Below are positions 40,244 to 52,925 of a DNA stretch of 64,000 nucleotides, piece by piece. Each line of letters begins with the position of its first letter. The first letter of the stretch is position 1. The DNA comes from Tubiluchus corallicola (lineage: Eukaryota; Animalia; Priapulida): assembly GCA_030141605.1 (NCBI GenBank), contig JAQGDQ010000280.1:166058-230057 (forward strand). Reading direction: 5' to 3'. The notes beneath the pieces are model-generated. The model did not search any database. It was not told the origin of the DNA and worked only from the letters and a program-made list of their open reading frames with translations. The translations under genes and the position numbers were made by a program.

Positions 40244-40849
40244 AATCAGCCTTTTCACAGTTCCAGCGATTGATGATGATCGTGAAAAGGCCAAAGGTTA
40301 GATGTACCATTTGTGTACGCTTGACAATGTCCCGCAGTCTATGCCATAGTAATAGTAACAGTTTAAAAAGCTAACAAGAACCTTACTTAGTAAATCACTC
40401 TACGCACACAGTAATGCATATTTAAGTAAAGTCCACGTAAAAAACTGAAATATTAATTAATTCTGCCTTTACCAATAAGCCTTTTACCAATAAGCTTCAG
40501 TGATTGACGAGGATCGTAAAAAGGTCAAAGGTTAAGTGTACCAGACAACGCATTTGCGTACACTTGACAACGCTTCGCAGCCCATGCTATTACAATACTA
40601 ACAGTTTTAACAGCTAGCTAGAACCTTACCTAGTTCATTTTTTTTGTTCCCAAGCATCCTGTTAGTAAATCACTCTACACACTGACTAATGCATAATTAA
40701 GTAACTGAAGTATACTAAACTGACGTGGCAGACGGCTTTGCTTTACCCATAAATCACGTGACGGTTGTAGTTAAGACGCGTTGCTGTACACTTAACCTTA
40801 GACCTACAGCAACTGTGCGTGCGCACAATGAAACTGTGAAAAGGCTGTT
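40244..40849 (+). mobile_element. Two abutting MITE family E copies (older partial 40244-40473, second 40474-40849)
   Basis: Two successive starts AATCAGCCTTTTCACAG and AATAAGCCTTTT; end GTGAAAAGGCTGTT. Confidence 0.8.
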
Positions 40850-42049
40850 AAAATAAGATACAGTTCAAAAGCGAAAATGATGGTATGTTCTACCGACAGA
40901 CAATTGTTAGAAACTGAAACATTTATAAATTATTTTAACAACTTTTTAATATAGTTTTGATGAGTTAATTAATTTGCTTTGATAGAAATTCTTACTCAAA
41001 TTAGAGTTTCTGTTTTGGCAAAAACAAAGAAAATTTTGTACATTTGCTCTACCACTTGGTAAACTGAGGATATTTGTAAATATAATTATGAAATAAGATA
41101 GAATTTGCCTTAAATGGGGTATTCAGATTAAATTGAAAGTAAAACCCAATTACTTTACACAACGTTTAGCTAAAAACTAATATTTAGTCAGAATGGCTAC
41201 GTCAACTTACAGTCAAGTTACTAAATTCTTGCATAATGAATCCTTTCGTACTCTAACCTACGTTTATTATACTGTGACTACAATCAGACGAAAATCACTA
41301 AAAATTCACTGGTTGTTTCTAGAATTTTGGCACAAAATTGGGGAAAATGAGCTAGCCCTGTGAAAGAACAATGGTATTTTCATTTTTAAGTAAATGGTAA
41401 TTCATTATTAATTTTACCGAATTAAGTTCAATTATTTCTTGTTCGCAAATAATTAACGTTTTTTTCAGAAATCACAAACATACAGCGTTGCTTACTGGAT
41501 AACTCAGAGTCCAATCATAAATATTTATCACACGATGACGAGCAATGCAGCCTCAGTCTCCTTCAAGCACCTCCGGGGCTTCCCTTAATCACATTACCCT
41601 CCAGCGTTTTCCTCCTATTAATGCAATGCCAGAAACAAACGGGCGAGTTTAGCGAGAGAAGAAATTCGTTTAATGAAGCTTAATCTAATCTAGAGGCACA
41701 TTTATCTACGACGGAAAGTAACATAAACTCGCTTTACGAAGCAGCGGACGAGACACGACACGCTAATTCAATCTTTACTGCAACATTTTATAGCTACGTA
41801 GCTGTCTTGTTATTGGATAAGAAATCATCTTTCCAGTTTGCTGTGTATGAAACGTCTGTATACGAGCATCAGTTCAGAGCTTTCAACAATTTGTTTGGCT
41901 TCTCAGCAGTATAATGAAGCTTGCTGTGTTTAATTAGAAACAAGGGCAATAAAAACCCTTTATCGTGGGACGCCTGTATCGTGCTTCAAAAGGGTTTGTT
42001 TGCTCTAAAATATCCAACTCCAGAAGTATAAATTAATTCTGCCTTTACC

Positions 42050-42430
42050 AATAAGCCTTTTCACAGCTTCAGCGATTGATGAGGATCGTAAAAAAGGTCA
42101 AAGGTTAAGTGTACCAGACAACGCATTTGCGTACGCTTGACGACGCTTCGCAGCCCATGCTATTATAATACTAACAGTTTTAACAGCTAACTAGAACCTT
42201 ACCTAGTTCATTTTTTCTTGTTCCCAAGCAAGAACCTGTTAGTAAATGACTCTAGACACAGACTAATGTATAATTAAGTAACTGAAGTATACTGAACTGA
42301 CGTGGCAGACGGTTTTGCTTTACCAACATGCCACGTGACAGTTGTAGTTAAGACGCGTTGCTTTGATACACTTAACCTTTGAGCTGCAGCAACTGCGCGT
42401 GCGCACAACAAAAAAGTGAAAAGGCTTATT
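42050..42430 (+). mobile_element. MITE family E, full length
   Basis: AATAAGCCTTTTCAC ... GTGAAAAGGCTTATT perfect 15-bp inverted ends. Confidence 0.88.
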
Positions 42431-43211
42431 GACCATTCAGTCTTGCCTACCGCTGCCTGGTGCCTCAGTCCACTTGACAGATTGCAAAATCGTACTGTTA
42501 GTTTGGTTTGGTCAGATTTGTGGTCAATCCTGTAACCACTTGTTCATCGAAGATCTGTTTCTACAACACTGGTACAACGACAAAGCCTTTTTATCACTAT
42601 CTTATATGTATAGAAAATTTCTTAGGATCTTTTTTTCACTAATTAAAAGTAGCTTACAAATCAAGTTTTCTTCTTCGGGCTGCTTATCTATGAAATTATT
42701 TGGCAGAAAATTGTCTACGTGTTAGCCACAACAATATCCCCGTTCACCGTGTATAACCAGCAAGTTGCTTATAAAAAAATAATTTTTCTGGAAATGAATT
42801 CATATTTTCATCTTTTAACTGAAGTCCCCTTACCGACCAGTGGTCATTGGCCTGTTTTGAGCGATGTGCACAAAAAAGCCAAAGAAACGATATCAAGCCA
42901 TGTGCGTTAGATCACAATTCTAAATTCTTTAATAGTCTCGAGCTGACAGTTAAGCTTTTGTAAATAACTCAAGAGCACAAAGTAAATAACAGCTAGAACT
43001 GCAAAGAAACCAAATCAACGTTCAAAATTCTTCGAAACTGACGGCGTTTTAACCTTCATCACAGCTGTGATTTTCTGCATCCAGAAGAGTTGAGAAAGTA
43101 CTAAACAAGTATCAGTGCAGTGATGTCTTCTTAGTTAACTGATATCGTAATCAAATGTGTACCGTCTGTGACGTCGTGAACACTAAAAGCGTTTAATTGC
43201 TACCATGATGT

Positions 43212-43938
43212 TTAAGGCTATGATACGTCAAAGCGTCCAGCGTCTGGAAGCCATAAATAAAACGTATTTATTTTCAATGGGTGAGGAAACCAAAGATTTT
43301 GGCAACGGGCCCTGGAAACTCTCCTTAAAACGAATTTATTCTCAATGAGTGATGCAACCAAAGATTTTGGCAACCGACGCTGGAAACTCTCCTTATCTTT
43401 GAGTGTCAGGCGTCCAGCGTCTGTTCCTCAACCAGCCAATAATGATTGGGCCAGAGAATTATTACATGAATCAAAAACGTAAAAAAGAATGCACTGCAAA
43501 AACGACATCGTCCATTTTGTCTTTTTGCGAAGAACACAGACCTTGGATAGCAGAACCTATGTTGTTAACTTGCTACCCAGTGAATGATAGACGTTGGATG
43601 CTATAGTAGCCAGTAGCCAGACCTTGGACGCTGTGGTAGCCAGCAGCCAGACCCTGGACGCTGTGGTACCCAGTAGCCAGACCCTGGATGCTGTGGTACC
43701 CAGTTGCCAGACCCTGGATGCTGTGGTAGCCAGCAGCCAGACCATGGACGCTGTGGTAGCCAGCAGCCAGACCCTGGATGCTGTGGTAGCCAGCAGCCAG
43801 ACCCTGGACGCTGTGGTAGCCAGCAGCCAGACCCTAGCCACTCTACTAGCCAGATGCTGGACACTATGTGGTAGCCAGCAACCAGACGCTGGACACTGTG
43901 GTAGCCAGCAGCCAGATGTCGGACGATCATGGGCTTAA
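43212..43938. mobile_element. TTAA-flanked TIR element containing a 30-bp minisatellite
   Basis: TTAAGGCTATGATACGTC vs reverse-complemented end TTAAGCCCATGATCGTCC; GCGTCCAGCGTCTG motifs on the left are inverted relative to the array unit. Confidence 0.6.
43595..43925. repeat. 30-bp minisatellite (GGACGCTGTGGTAGCCAGCAGCCAGACCCT), ~10 copies
   Basis: Period 30; gives the (DAVVASSQTL)n pseudo-ORF. Confidence 0.92.
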
Positions 43939-44942
43939 GGCAACTCTTTGCTAAATTTTTACTGACTTTGTTTTAAATGGTTTCCAGTTTAACCTGAAGC
44001 CAGACAGACTAATATGACAGGATTCATTAACCATTATAGTACGCAGTGAGCCTCAACTAGCTGTTTGTTTGAACTGCATAGTGACACGCAGACAGATATT
44101 AATCTCAATCTGATTGGATCATCACAGTATGAGCTGTTAGCTTCAGGCAGTGTAACTTGTCTTGTTTCATTAAATATAGACACTAACGTAATCAGCATAG
44201 CAGTGTCAATAGAGACATATTAATACTTGTGTAAATGTATATATGACGCAATGTAAAAATGCTTAGCTTGCTAGCATGTGCTAGAACTCTACACTCCTCT
44301 TTAGGATTGTGGGATCATTTTTGTATTTTGGGGGGTTGCTTATGATAATAATGTTGACTGCATAATGTATTTTGAATATTTTCTATAAAGGTTATTAGTA
44401 ATATAATAAACTGTCTACCAAAATGCAATACATTGATCAGTTAGTATAATGGTGAGAATATAAACAAATAAATAGCTGTTTCGTAATAATTGCTGAAATT
44501 GTCTAAACCGATATTTCATTTCGTATTGCAGGTTAAAGAAATTATTATGATTTGCTAACAATTAGCTGAGCAACTGGCTGGCTGGTTAATTGGTTACCTG
44601 GATGCAAGTTTGACTTCACTAAGTGATCGATAGTTGATTTATTGACTGACTGACTAACTGACCGATTGAACTATTGACCGACCGACCGACTGATTGACTG
44701 ATTGAGTGTCTGAACCAACCAACTCACTGACTCACTGATAACCGATCAATTAGTCGTATATTGATTAATTGCAAAACTACAGGCTATTAAGATGATTATA
44801 ACTCCAAAAACAGATTAAGGAAAATTATTTTTAATTGCAAGAAGCACAGAAATTACGGTAATTTAATAATTTGATTCTTTTCTGACGATTTTAGTTACCC
44901 AGGCAGTTTTTTAGAGGAACATTTTTGTTTATTTTAAAAACG

Positions 44943-45240
44943 TTTACGTTAAAACATCACAACTATATTAGATCTTTTAATTTACAAAGTTAAAAAACCA
45001 GTCAAACGTTTTGACAGACCTACTACAGTCAACCACTGTAAAAATTTCCCACTGATGATGACAGCAGTAGCTCTGTCGAAACGTTTGACGTGATTTTTTA
45101 ACTATGTAAATTAGGTTTTAACAATGTTATGAAATTTCCCACTGATGATGACAGTAGTAGTTATGTCCAAACGTTTTGACATGATTATTTAACTATGTAA
45201 ATTAAAAGTTTTAATAAAGTTGCGGTGTTTTAACTGTAAA
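44943..45240. mobile_element. ~90-bp hammerhead-bearing unit: one inverted plus two tandem copies (Penelope pseudo-LTR / retrozyme-like)
   Basis: 44948-45038 is the reverse complement of ~45141-45234; direct copies at 45051 and 45141 (period 90); AATAAA at 45213. Confidence 0.65.
45049..45088 (+). ncRNA. Minimal hammerhead ribozyme motif
   Basis: CA-CTGATGA-T-GACAG CAGTAGCT CTGTC-GAAA-CG-TT-TG: canonical CUGAUGA, 5-bp stem II, GAAA, palindromic ACGT in place of stem III. Confidence 0.65.
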
Positions 45241-45561
45241 TTTTTCTTTATGGAAGCACATTGTGCGAATGTAATTAGTAAGTTATAATTCTCTAATCAG
45301 ATAATTACTGGGCAGGTCGTACAGCAGTACAGCGGCTTATGTAATCTGTTGACCTGTTCAAGTAAACAAGACGAGCTAAATGTCAAAAACAAAAAGCAAG
45401 TAACGTAATGACAAAACCGGTAACATAACAATGCATCATTCATCGAGTTTAATTAGACACGCAAAAACTGCAGACTAGTGTGAAAGCACAGCTAAACAGT
45501 TTTTTACGTAAAGGCGGATGTAACGTAATGTTTAGCCAAACCTACGTAGCGTTTTGTTCAG

Positions 45562-46100
45562 TTAAAGGAAAAGACAACTCACTTAGCATGTTGGGTTTAT
45601 TTTTCTCCTCTTGAATTCAGAAAAATATAACAAAGAAATTAGCAAAAACTGTCTATAAAGCAGAAAGTTAATTTCTACTGCCACTGAATAGGAGTTTTCA
45701 GGTGGGTGGTAGTTGCTGTTTACTTGAAAATTATGACGTAACTGGTGGACTTCTTGACTTTCTTAAGCACATCGAGTTTTTCCGCTGCTTAAACTAATTC
45801 TAAATTTCTGCAGATTATCGAATGTTCATGCAGAAATATCACAAAATTAGCTGTGTCATTTTTTGCAAGAACTTTTTTATACTTTGCGCTGATTTTTTTC
45901 AGCCGATGAATGACGTCATTGGTGGAAGAATGGGCATTCAAAATGGGAGCGCCCTAGCAGGAGATGATCACAACTTTAAAGTGATTTTACTAATTACACG
46001 AAATGTTTATCACACACTTCTATTAATAAATCCTGCTTAATGCTTTTTCATGAACTTGGAAATAAGCTTGGCTTCCCAGAAGGCTTGACCTTTCCTTTAA
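45562..46100 (-). mobile_element. TTAA-flanked MITE family B, full length
   Basis: TTAA-AGGAAAAGACAA ... TTGACCTTTCCT-TTAA TIRs. Confidence 0.85.
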
Positions 46101-47039
46101 CTACACCTGAACGACTATTACTGTCTTTCGTAAACATTCCGACTCGTAGAGTTTGTTTTGAACAATTTTTTGTCAAAATCATTTTGGGACAAAGCTCAGG
46201 TAGTTTATACATGCATAACTGCAACTGTGTCTTTTACATAGAAGTTTCGCATTGAACAGACATCACATAATGTTCTTGTGTTCCTTTTCAGTAGAATCCA
46301 GAGTGCTTCGTCATCTCATGAGCCGAATCTCCACAAGCCACTCTTCCTACTCTTTTGAACATTCTTTTATCCATCACTTCTATCATTACTTTGCACAACT
46401 CTTTTTTTAAATTGCCTAGAACCTTCGGTTTTTTTTGTTCTTTTTTTCTCACTATCTGGACGTGTTTATAATGGTGCAAGCACCTAACAAGTTTTACTTC
46501 TGGTTCTTGCCATTTATTATATTGCACGCTGTCATATAGTCATTATTATTAATATCTATTTTTTTCCCAGTGTTTCTTGATATTGTATTTGTATTTCCAC
46601 TTCCAAATAAATTTATTATTATTCTTATTATAAGACTCCATTAACTATAGTATCAAAAAATAACTAATATGAAAAGATCAAACAACACGTATTATTAACG
46701 TTGACCCAGCGGTCTGTAGTTAATGGCAGATCAAAACCTGTCATGCATTAACATCATATTAACAAATTAAAACCCACCACACACAAAACACTCAAGTCAC
46801 TAACACAAAACATCCATAAAATACCTAATTTGAATTTCCATTTGTAAATATTGTAAAGTTTTAAAGTCTTAAATGTATTTTAAGCTTGAGTGTAATTAAT
46901 TATAATATGACTTGTGTTTTTAAATGTAAATTCATTTTTAACACCATTGCTCACAGCAGTGGAAACACTGATTACACTATCAATTTTTGCAAGGCAGTTT
47001 ACAGTTCATCAATGTGTAATTTTAGCAGCAATAAAGAAT

Positions 47040-47040
47040 T

Positions 47041-47072
<32 letters not shown>

Positions 47073-47498
47073 GTCATTGTCATTGTCATTGTCATTGTCA
47101 TTGTCATTATCATTATCATTATCATTATCATTATCATTATCATTATCATTATCATTATCATTATCATTATCATATCATTATATTATATTATCATTATCAT
47201 TATCATTGTCATTGTCATTGTCATTGTCATTATCATTATCATTATCATTATCATTATCATTATCATTATCATTATCATTATCATTATCATTATCATTATC
47301 ATTATCATTATCATTATCATTATCATTATCATTATCATTATCATTATCATTATCATTATCATTATCATTATCAATATCATTATCATTATCATTATCATTA
47401 TCATTATCATTATCATTATCATTATCATTATCATTATCATTATCATTATCATTATCATTATCATTATCATTATCATTATCATTATCATTATCATTATC

Positions 47499-47529
<31 letters not shown>

Positions 47530-47535
47530 CTATTA
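47040..47535. repeat. (CATTAT)n/(CATTGT)n hexanucleotide microsatellite, ~490 bp
   Basis: Directly visible. Confidence 0.95.
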
Positions 47536-47629
47536 AGATATATGATTAATTGGGTACGAAATACATACAACTAGAGTCAAACAAGGACACATCAGAAAAA
47601 AAGATGTATATATAGCAGACATATATTAT

Positions 47630-47865
47630 ATAAATAAATTAATAATGTATGTATTAAATAAAATTAATATTTTTCAGCGGTTCATATAAATAAATAAAAA
47701 TAAACTATAGCTAAGTATTATTTTAAAGCAGAGTCTGTAGAGTAAATAAATAAATAATGTATAATTGTTGTATTAAATAAAATTAACATTTTAAGCGGTT
47801 TGTATAAAATAAATAAAAATAAACTATTGGTAAGTACTATTTTAAAGCAGAGTATGTAGAGATAA
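47630..47865. repeat. ~120-bp AT-rich tandem duplication
   Basis: GTATTAAATAAAATTAA ... TTTTAAAGCAGAGT.TGTAGAG occurs twice. Confidence 0.8.
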
Positions 47866-48724
47866 ACAAAATTTCCAAATACATGCAATTATAAGTGAAG
47901 ATGTGGATAAATAAGCTTAATTCGTACAAAACTAGTTAAATTTTCGCTAATACACATACATTTACATAGTGTTCGTAGTTTATGCTATTTCCATACCACT
48001 ATTACTAAATTCTACAATCTATTTCTATTCTATTTCTAAATAAAAAACTAAAGTTATATAAGCCATGCGGTTAATAGTAATAGCAATACGTATCAAAAAT
48101 CTAACGGATCAAAAAAATCATAAATATAGTGGTGAACTGCACAATTTGTTGTAATCAAACGTAATACGAATTAAATTTAAACAGGTTTTTTTCCAAAAAG
48201 ATACCAGAAGCCTAATTATCGTTTTAAGCGCAAATTTCAAAAGCGATTTCTTAATTTAGTCAAAGAACTTAGTCTAATTTAGTCTAATCTCACATAATTT
48301 AGTCTACAAAGTAAAATAGTTTCTAGAACAACGCACCTTTACTACAAAGTGGTTTTTGAATCCTAGTAACCTGGTTAAACTTGGAGTAGACAAGATCACA
48401 AAGATGAGTATGGCTTCCCAGCGGCTTCCATGCAAACAATAATGACAGAGAAAAACAAGTTCACGTCCTATTGGCCGAGATTACTCCAAGGTGTAACTGT
48501 TGCTACACGTAGGAGGGGTTATTGCAGTTCAGAGAATTATTCGTTTCAAAAACGCTAAAGGTTATTTAAAATACATAATAAACAACATAATTTGTGTCAT
48601 AGAAAAGACGCATGCTATTTTACTGGACCCAGAAACCTTTCCTGCTGCACTGCAATTGTTATTTACACAGTTTTCTAGGATTAATCAAGAATTTTAGATG
48701 AATAACTTAAAATAGGAAAATGAA

Positions 48725-49118
48725 AGGAGTTTTCATTTTCCCACAGAATTTAAATACAGTAACCCCTACCCTACCCCAAGCTTTAACCCAAACCTTAAGC
48801 CTAATCCTAAAATTAACCCTAACCCTAACCCTAACCCTAACCCCAACCCCAACCCTAACCCTAACCCTAACCCTAACCTTAACCCAATTCTAACCCTAAT
48901 CCTAACCCTAACCCTAATCCTAATCCTAACCCTAACCCTACCCCAAGCTATAACCCTAACCTTAATCCTAATCCTAACCCTAACCTTAATCCTAATCCTA
49001 ACCCTAACCCTAACCTTAAGCCTTATCCTAACCCTAATCCTAACCCTAATCCTAATCCTAATCATAATCTGCTGCACTAACTAATTTCCTGTGAGTGGGA
49101 GAATTAAAAACTTTAGCC
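48725..49118 (+). mobile_element. TIR element with expanded telomere-like (TAACCC/TAATCC)n tract at 48760-49066
   Basis: Flanks CCCACAGA ... AACTAATTTC.TGTG.GTGG.AGAATT ... CTTTAGCCAAA shared with 25172-25289. Confidence 0.7.
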
Positions 49119-49817
49119 AAAAAAATTATGATTTTTCTGCTCAACTAAACGCGCAGAGAAATTCTATAAGCTAGTTACATTTTTGATCAAAACTGAAGCT
49201 TCTTAAAGACACCTTAGCATTTGGCTGTTCTGCTATGAGCTTCAGAACATCATTGCCAGAGCACATCGCCATTGTGCTCTTGCACCAGAAGACACACATA
49301 AACAGAGCAGAAACAGTTTTCGCGTTCGGAAAAGTGAGAAAATAACGACATTAGAACTACACAACTTTGCCCTATGGTATAACGTGTAAAACATGTGGCG
49401 CCATCAATTGATAAAAACGATGAATTATCACAGCTGCCGCCTATTTAATACTGTAAAGACTCGAAGCAAAGTGCTTTGAAACTAAATTCGGTTTTGACTA
49501 ACTCTTAGTCATCGTCGCTGTGAAACTGATTCGAATTCAACTCTCATCTTCGCAGCATCAGCACCAGCAGCAGCAGCATCTGATTACAAAGCGCACTGAT
49601 TGCCAGTCTCTCGATTCATCAGCATCTTGGTCCAACCCACTAGCATTGTCAAGCAAGCAAGCCATGGCGGCCGAGCGTCTGACACGCAAAATGAAATTCT
49701 CTTTGAATAATACTGAGTGCAGGACAGACATGACACAAGGGGAATAATAAAAAATGCACGTGTAAGGCCTATATTTGAAGCAACTAAACAACTATAGAGG
49801 GCGCTTGATCTAAAAAT

Positions 49818-50522
49818 TTAAAGGAAAGAACAAATCACTTAATATGTTGGGTTTATTTTACTGTTATCACTTAGACTTAGAAAAATAAAACAAAGAAATT
49901 TACAGAGAAAATGCCTAAAAAGCATAAATTTAAAATATACTACCTCTGAATAGAAATTTTCAGACGTGGTGGTTGCCGCCATTTACTTAAAAATCATGAC
50001 GTAACTGGGTGACTTTTCGTGAGCGAGTCGTGGCTTTGCATAAGCGACTGCTACTTAAACAAATTCAAAATTCCCCCAGATTAGCCTAATGTTCACAAAA
50101 AATATTACAAAATTAACTATCTAATTTTTTTGTAAAAACTTCTTATACTTTTGATGAAGATTGACAGTGCGCTGCTTTTGTTCAAGACGAATGACGTCAT
50201 TGGAAGAAGAATGGACATTGAAAATGGGAGCGCCCAAGCATGAGGTGATCGTGACTTTCCAGCAATTTAAAAATAATACAAAATTAACAATCTATTTTTT
50301 GTGAAAACTTCTTTTGATGAAGATCGACAGTGTGCTGCTTTTTTTCAAGATGAATGACGTCATTGGAAGAATGAGCATTTAGAATGAAGCATGAAGTGAT
50401 CGCGACTTTCCAGCAATTTAATAGTTATAAGAGGTGCTTATTGCAGTTTTATTGCTAAATCATTTTAACATTTTTTGCGAACATAGAAATAAACGTCTCA
50501 GAAGACTTGCCCTTTCGTTTAA
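49818..50522 (-). mobile_element. TTAA-flanked MITE family B with internal tandem duplication
   Basis: TTAA-AGGAAAGAACAA ... TTGCCCTTTCGT-TTAA; ~50100-50270 is repeated at ~50275-50420. Confidence 0.82.
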
Positions 50523-50549
50523 GCACTAATTTACTACTAATTTAAGTAA

Positions 50550-50695
50550 ATGTTAAACTATGTCCCAAAAAACTCTCCAAGCAAAATTATATTACTCAGC
50601 ATTTCTCTTACCTGCTTGAAAGACTTAGGTAATAAGAAAAAATATTAATTATTTAAAAGGTTTTGACCAATTGGTAAAATGCCACTGGCTCACCC
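50550..50695 (-). mobile_element. MITE family C fragment
   Basis: Reverse complement of ~52770-52910. Confidence 0.65.
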
Positions 50696-51051
50696 ACGGG
50701 GGGGGGTGCACCACTCAAGACGAATTTTTTAAGCTTTACGTAAATAGAGGGATTTCTTGTGCTGTAAGACTAATATATCATAAAACTTGTAAGAATCACA
50801 CAGACAACTATGCAAACACGCTAATGAAAAGAAGCATGTGTATTCCCCACGGAACATGATTGGCTATTATTTCTATTGGATTTGCCATCCAAAAATAAGC
50901 TAACGAGCACCAATAAGCAGATCTTAATTAGCTGCTGATGACGTCAATAATAATTATTATTAATAGAAAGCAATATTGCGTAGATCTGTAGTAAATTTTC
51001 AAGCTCTTTACAGGAACCATGGTGGCAAGCATGAAAGATACTGGAAAACTT

Positions 51052-51285
51052 TGTGTTGCACTGTCAATTGTATCAACAAACTAGGGTTGTTGTGTTTGAT
51101 AAACTAAATGAAATACTTCAGCCTGAAAACCTTAATATAGCTGCCTTAGGAACAGATGTTCTGTTGAAGTTGTTAGTGGTTGGAAAAGATGAATTTATTT
51201 ATGTAGTTAATTGTAAAATATTCTAATGTAGACATGACTTTACATTTCGTACTAAGTGCTTCCAGTAGTTTCTATCTGATATGAG
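51052..51285 (+). mobile_element. Internal fragment of the same CR1-type LINE as 21972-22464
   Basis: Near-identical to 22020-22252; lacks the element 3' end; frame disrupted. Confidence 0.85.
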
Positions 51286-52440
51286 ACACATGAAAGATAA
51301 GAACTGCAAAACTTCTGTTGAACTGCACACATTCTTCATTAAACGTGCAACAGCATAGCAAAGCAACAGGTATATGCTGGTTCTGTTTGGTAGTGTTTGT
51401 CTGTATTATGGTTTTATCTGTTACATATTTTCCATATTGTTAAATTGACATTCCATTGTTTGTGCAAATTGTATCACAACTGGACTATGTTAAAAGCTAT
51501 ACGTTTTCCCAACACAAGTTAAATGTTTGCTTTTTATAACATTAGTTATGCACTGTTAGTCCATTTCATATTTTACTATTTATTTTAGTACAAGAAACCT
51601 GGAGCGCGCTCTACATTTCAAGTGTGCAACCAATTTCAAAGCAATTATAATTAATACAGAAAACAGCGGGTCGAAAATATGTAAAGAATGCAAATATTCT
51701 GCAGTTAAACACGAGAAATAAACACGAAAAACCTACGAATCCAAATATACAGACAGGCTGCTGAAAAAAATAATCAGACGCCCGCTTCAAAAAAAATTTA
51801 ATCATGGAAAGTCTCTAGTAAACATTATTTCAATAATCTTCTCGACCGAACTCTAGTAAAAGCCAGAAACTTCGTTTTTCAAGTTTTTGCAGACAACCAC
51901 CTAATTTCTATATCTTATTTACACAGAAATATTTGACCAACTCACCTTTTTACGTAATAATCAGCACGGAGGCTTAACTCCAAAGTTATTTTACACAAAG
52001 TTTAATTAGAGAACACGCTGTGATGCAATCGTTAAGGAAAATCACGTTCACTTTCGACGCTTTATTTTTTCATGAATTTAGAGAAAGATAAGATAAACCA
52101 AATCTTAGCGCAGAGCAGCAACTTAGCACAGACGAAGAAACCACTAACCTAGAAGAAACCACTAACCTAGCGCATTACGACAATGCGTGTCTATCGACCT
52201 CCAGGCCCGTTTCTCGCCCTCATCTAATTACTTATCCACAGCATCAGCAACAGCGGCAGGATGGATGACTTACCAACACATAACGCATGTATCAGTCAAG
52301 GATAAATCAATGGTAATTCATCATTCCAAACTAGACACTTTTCATTTGTTTCTCATCACGAGGGGAAAGAATGCTTATTGTGTGCCGCCATCGTGCTGTA
52401 CGAAGCAAATTATATTAAACTCTTATTAAATTTTGTCACC

Positions 52441-52925
52441 TTGAAGCACAAGAAAACACTCTTCGTAAATAAAGCTTAAAAATCGTTTTGAAATTTTATA
52501 CTACTATATGTGTCTTATTGTATATAGGGCTTGCGTTAGCAGCAAAGCTGTATAAATTTGTAATTTTAGCTCCCGCAATATCTTTTAAGCGCAGCCACTT
52601 TAACGATAAGTCATTTGAAGCAAGTTTAGATAACATTGTGTAAACTTTGAAAAAATAATCAGAGCATACGTAGCGCACAAGTCACTAACTAATTAAAATT
52701 TTAAATTACTGTATCTTGTAAATAAGATTAAAAATACTTTTTTGGTTAGTGAGTGGTGCACACTGGAGAGTGAGTCAGCGACATTTTACCAATTGGTGAA
52801 AACATTTTAAATAACTAATAATTTCCTTTTCTACTTACGTAAGTCTTTCAAGCAGGTAAGCGAAACGCTAAGTAACACAAATTTGCAAGGAAAGTTTTTT
52901 TGGGACAAACAAAAATTCCTTTTAG
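52441..52925 (+). mobile_element. MITE family C
   Basis: Colinear with 38552-39058. Confidence 0.75.

Noticed and set aside
48760-49066. True telomere or chromosome-fusion site
   Set aside because: Degenerate, single orientation and enclosed by flanks shared with a short element at 25.2 kb.
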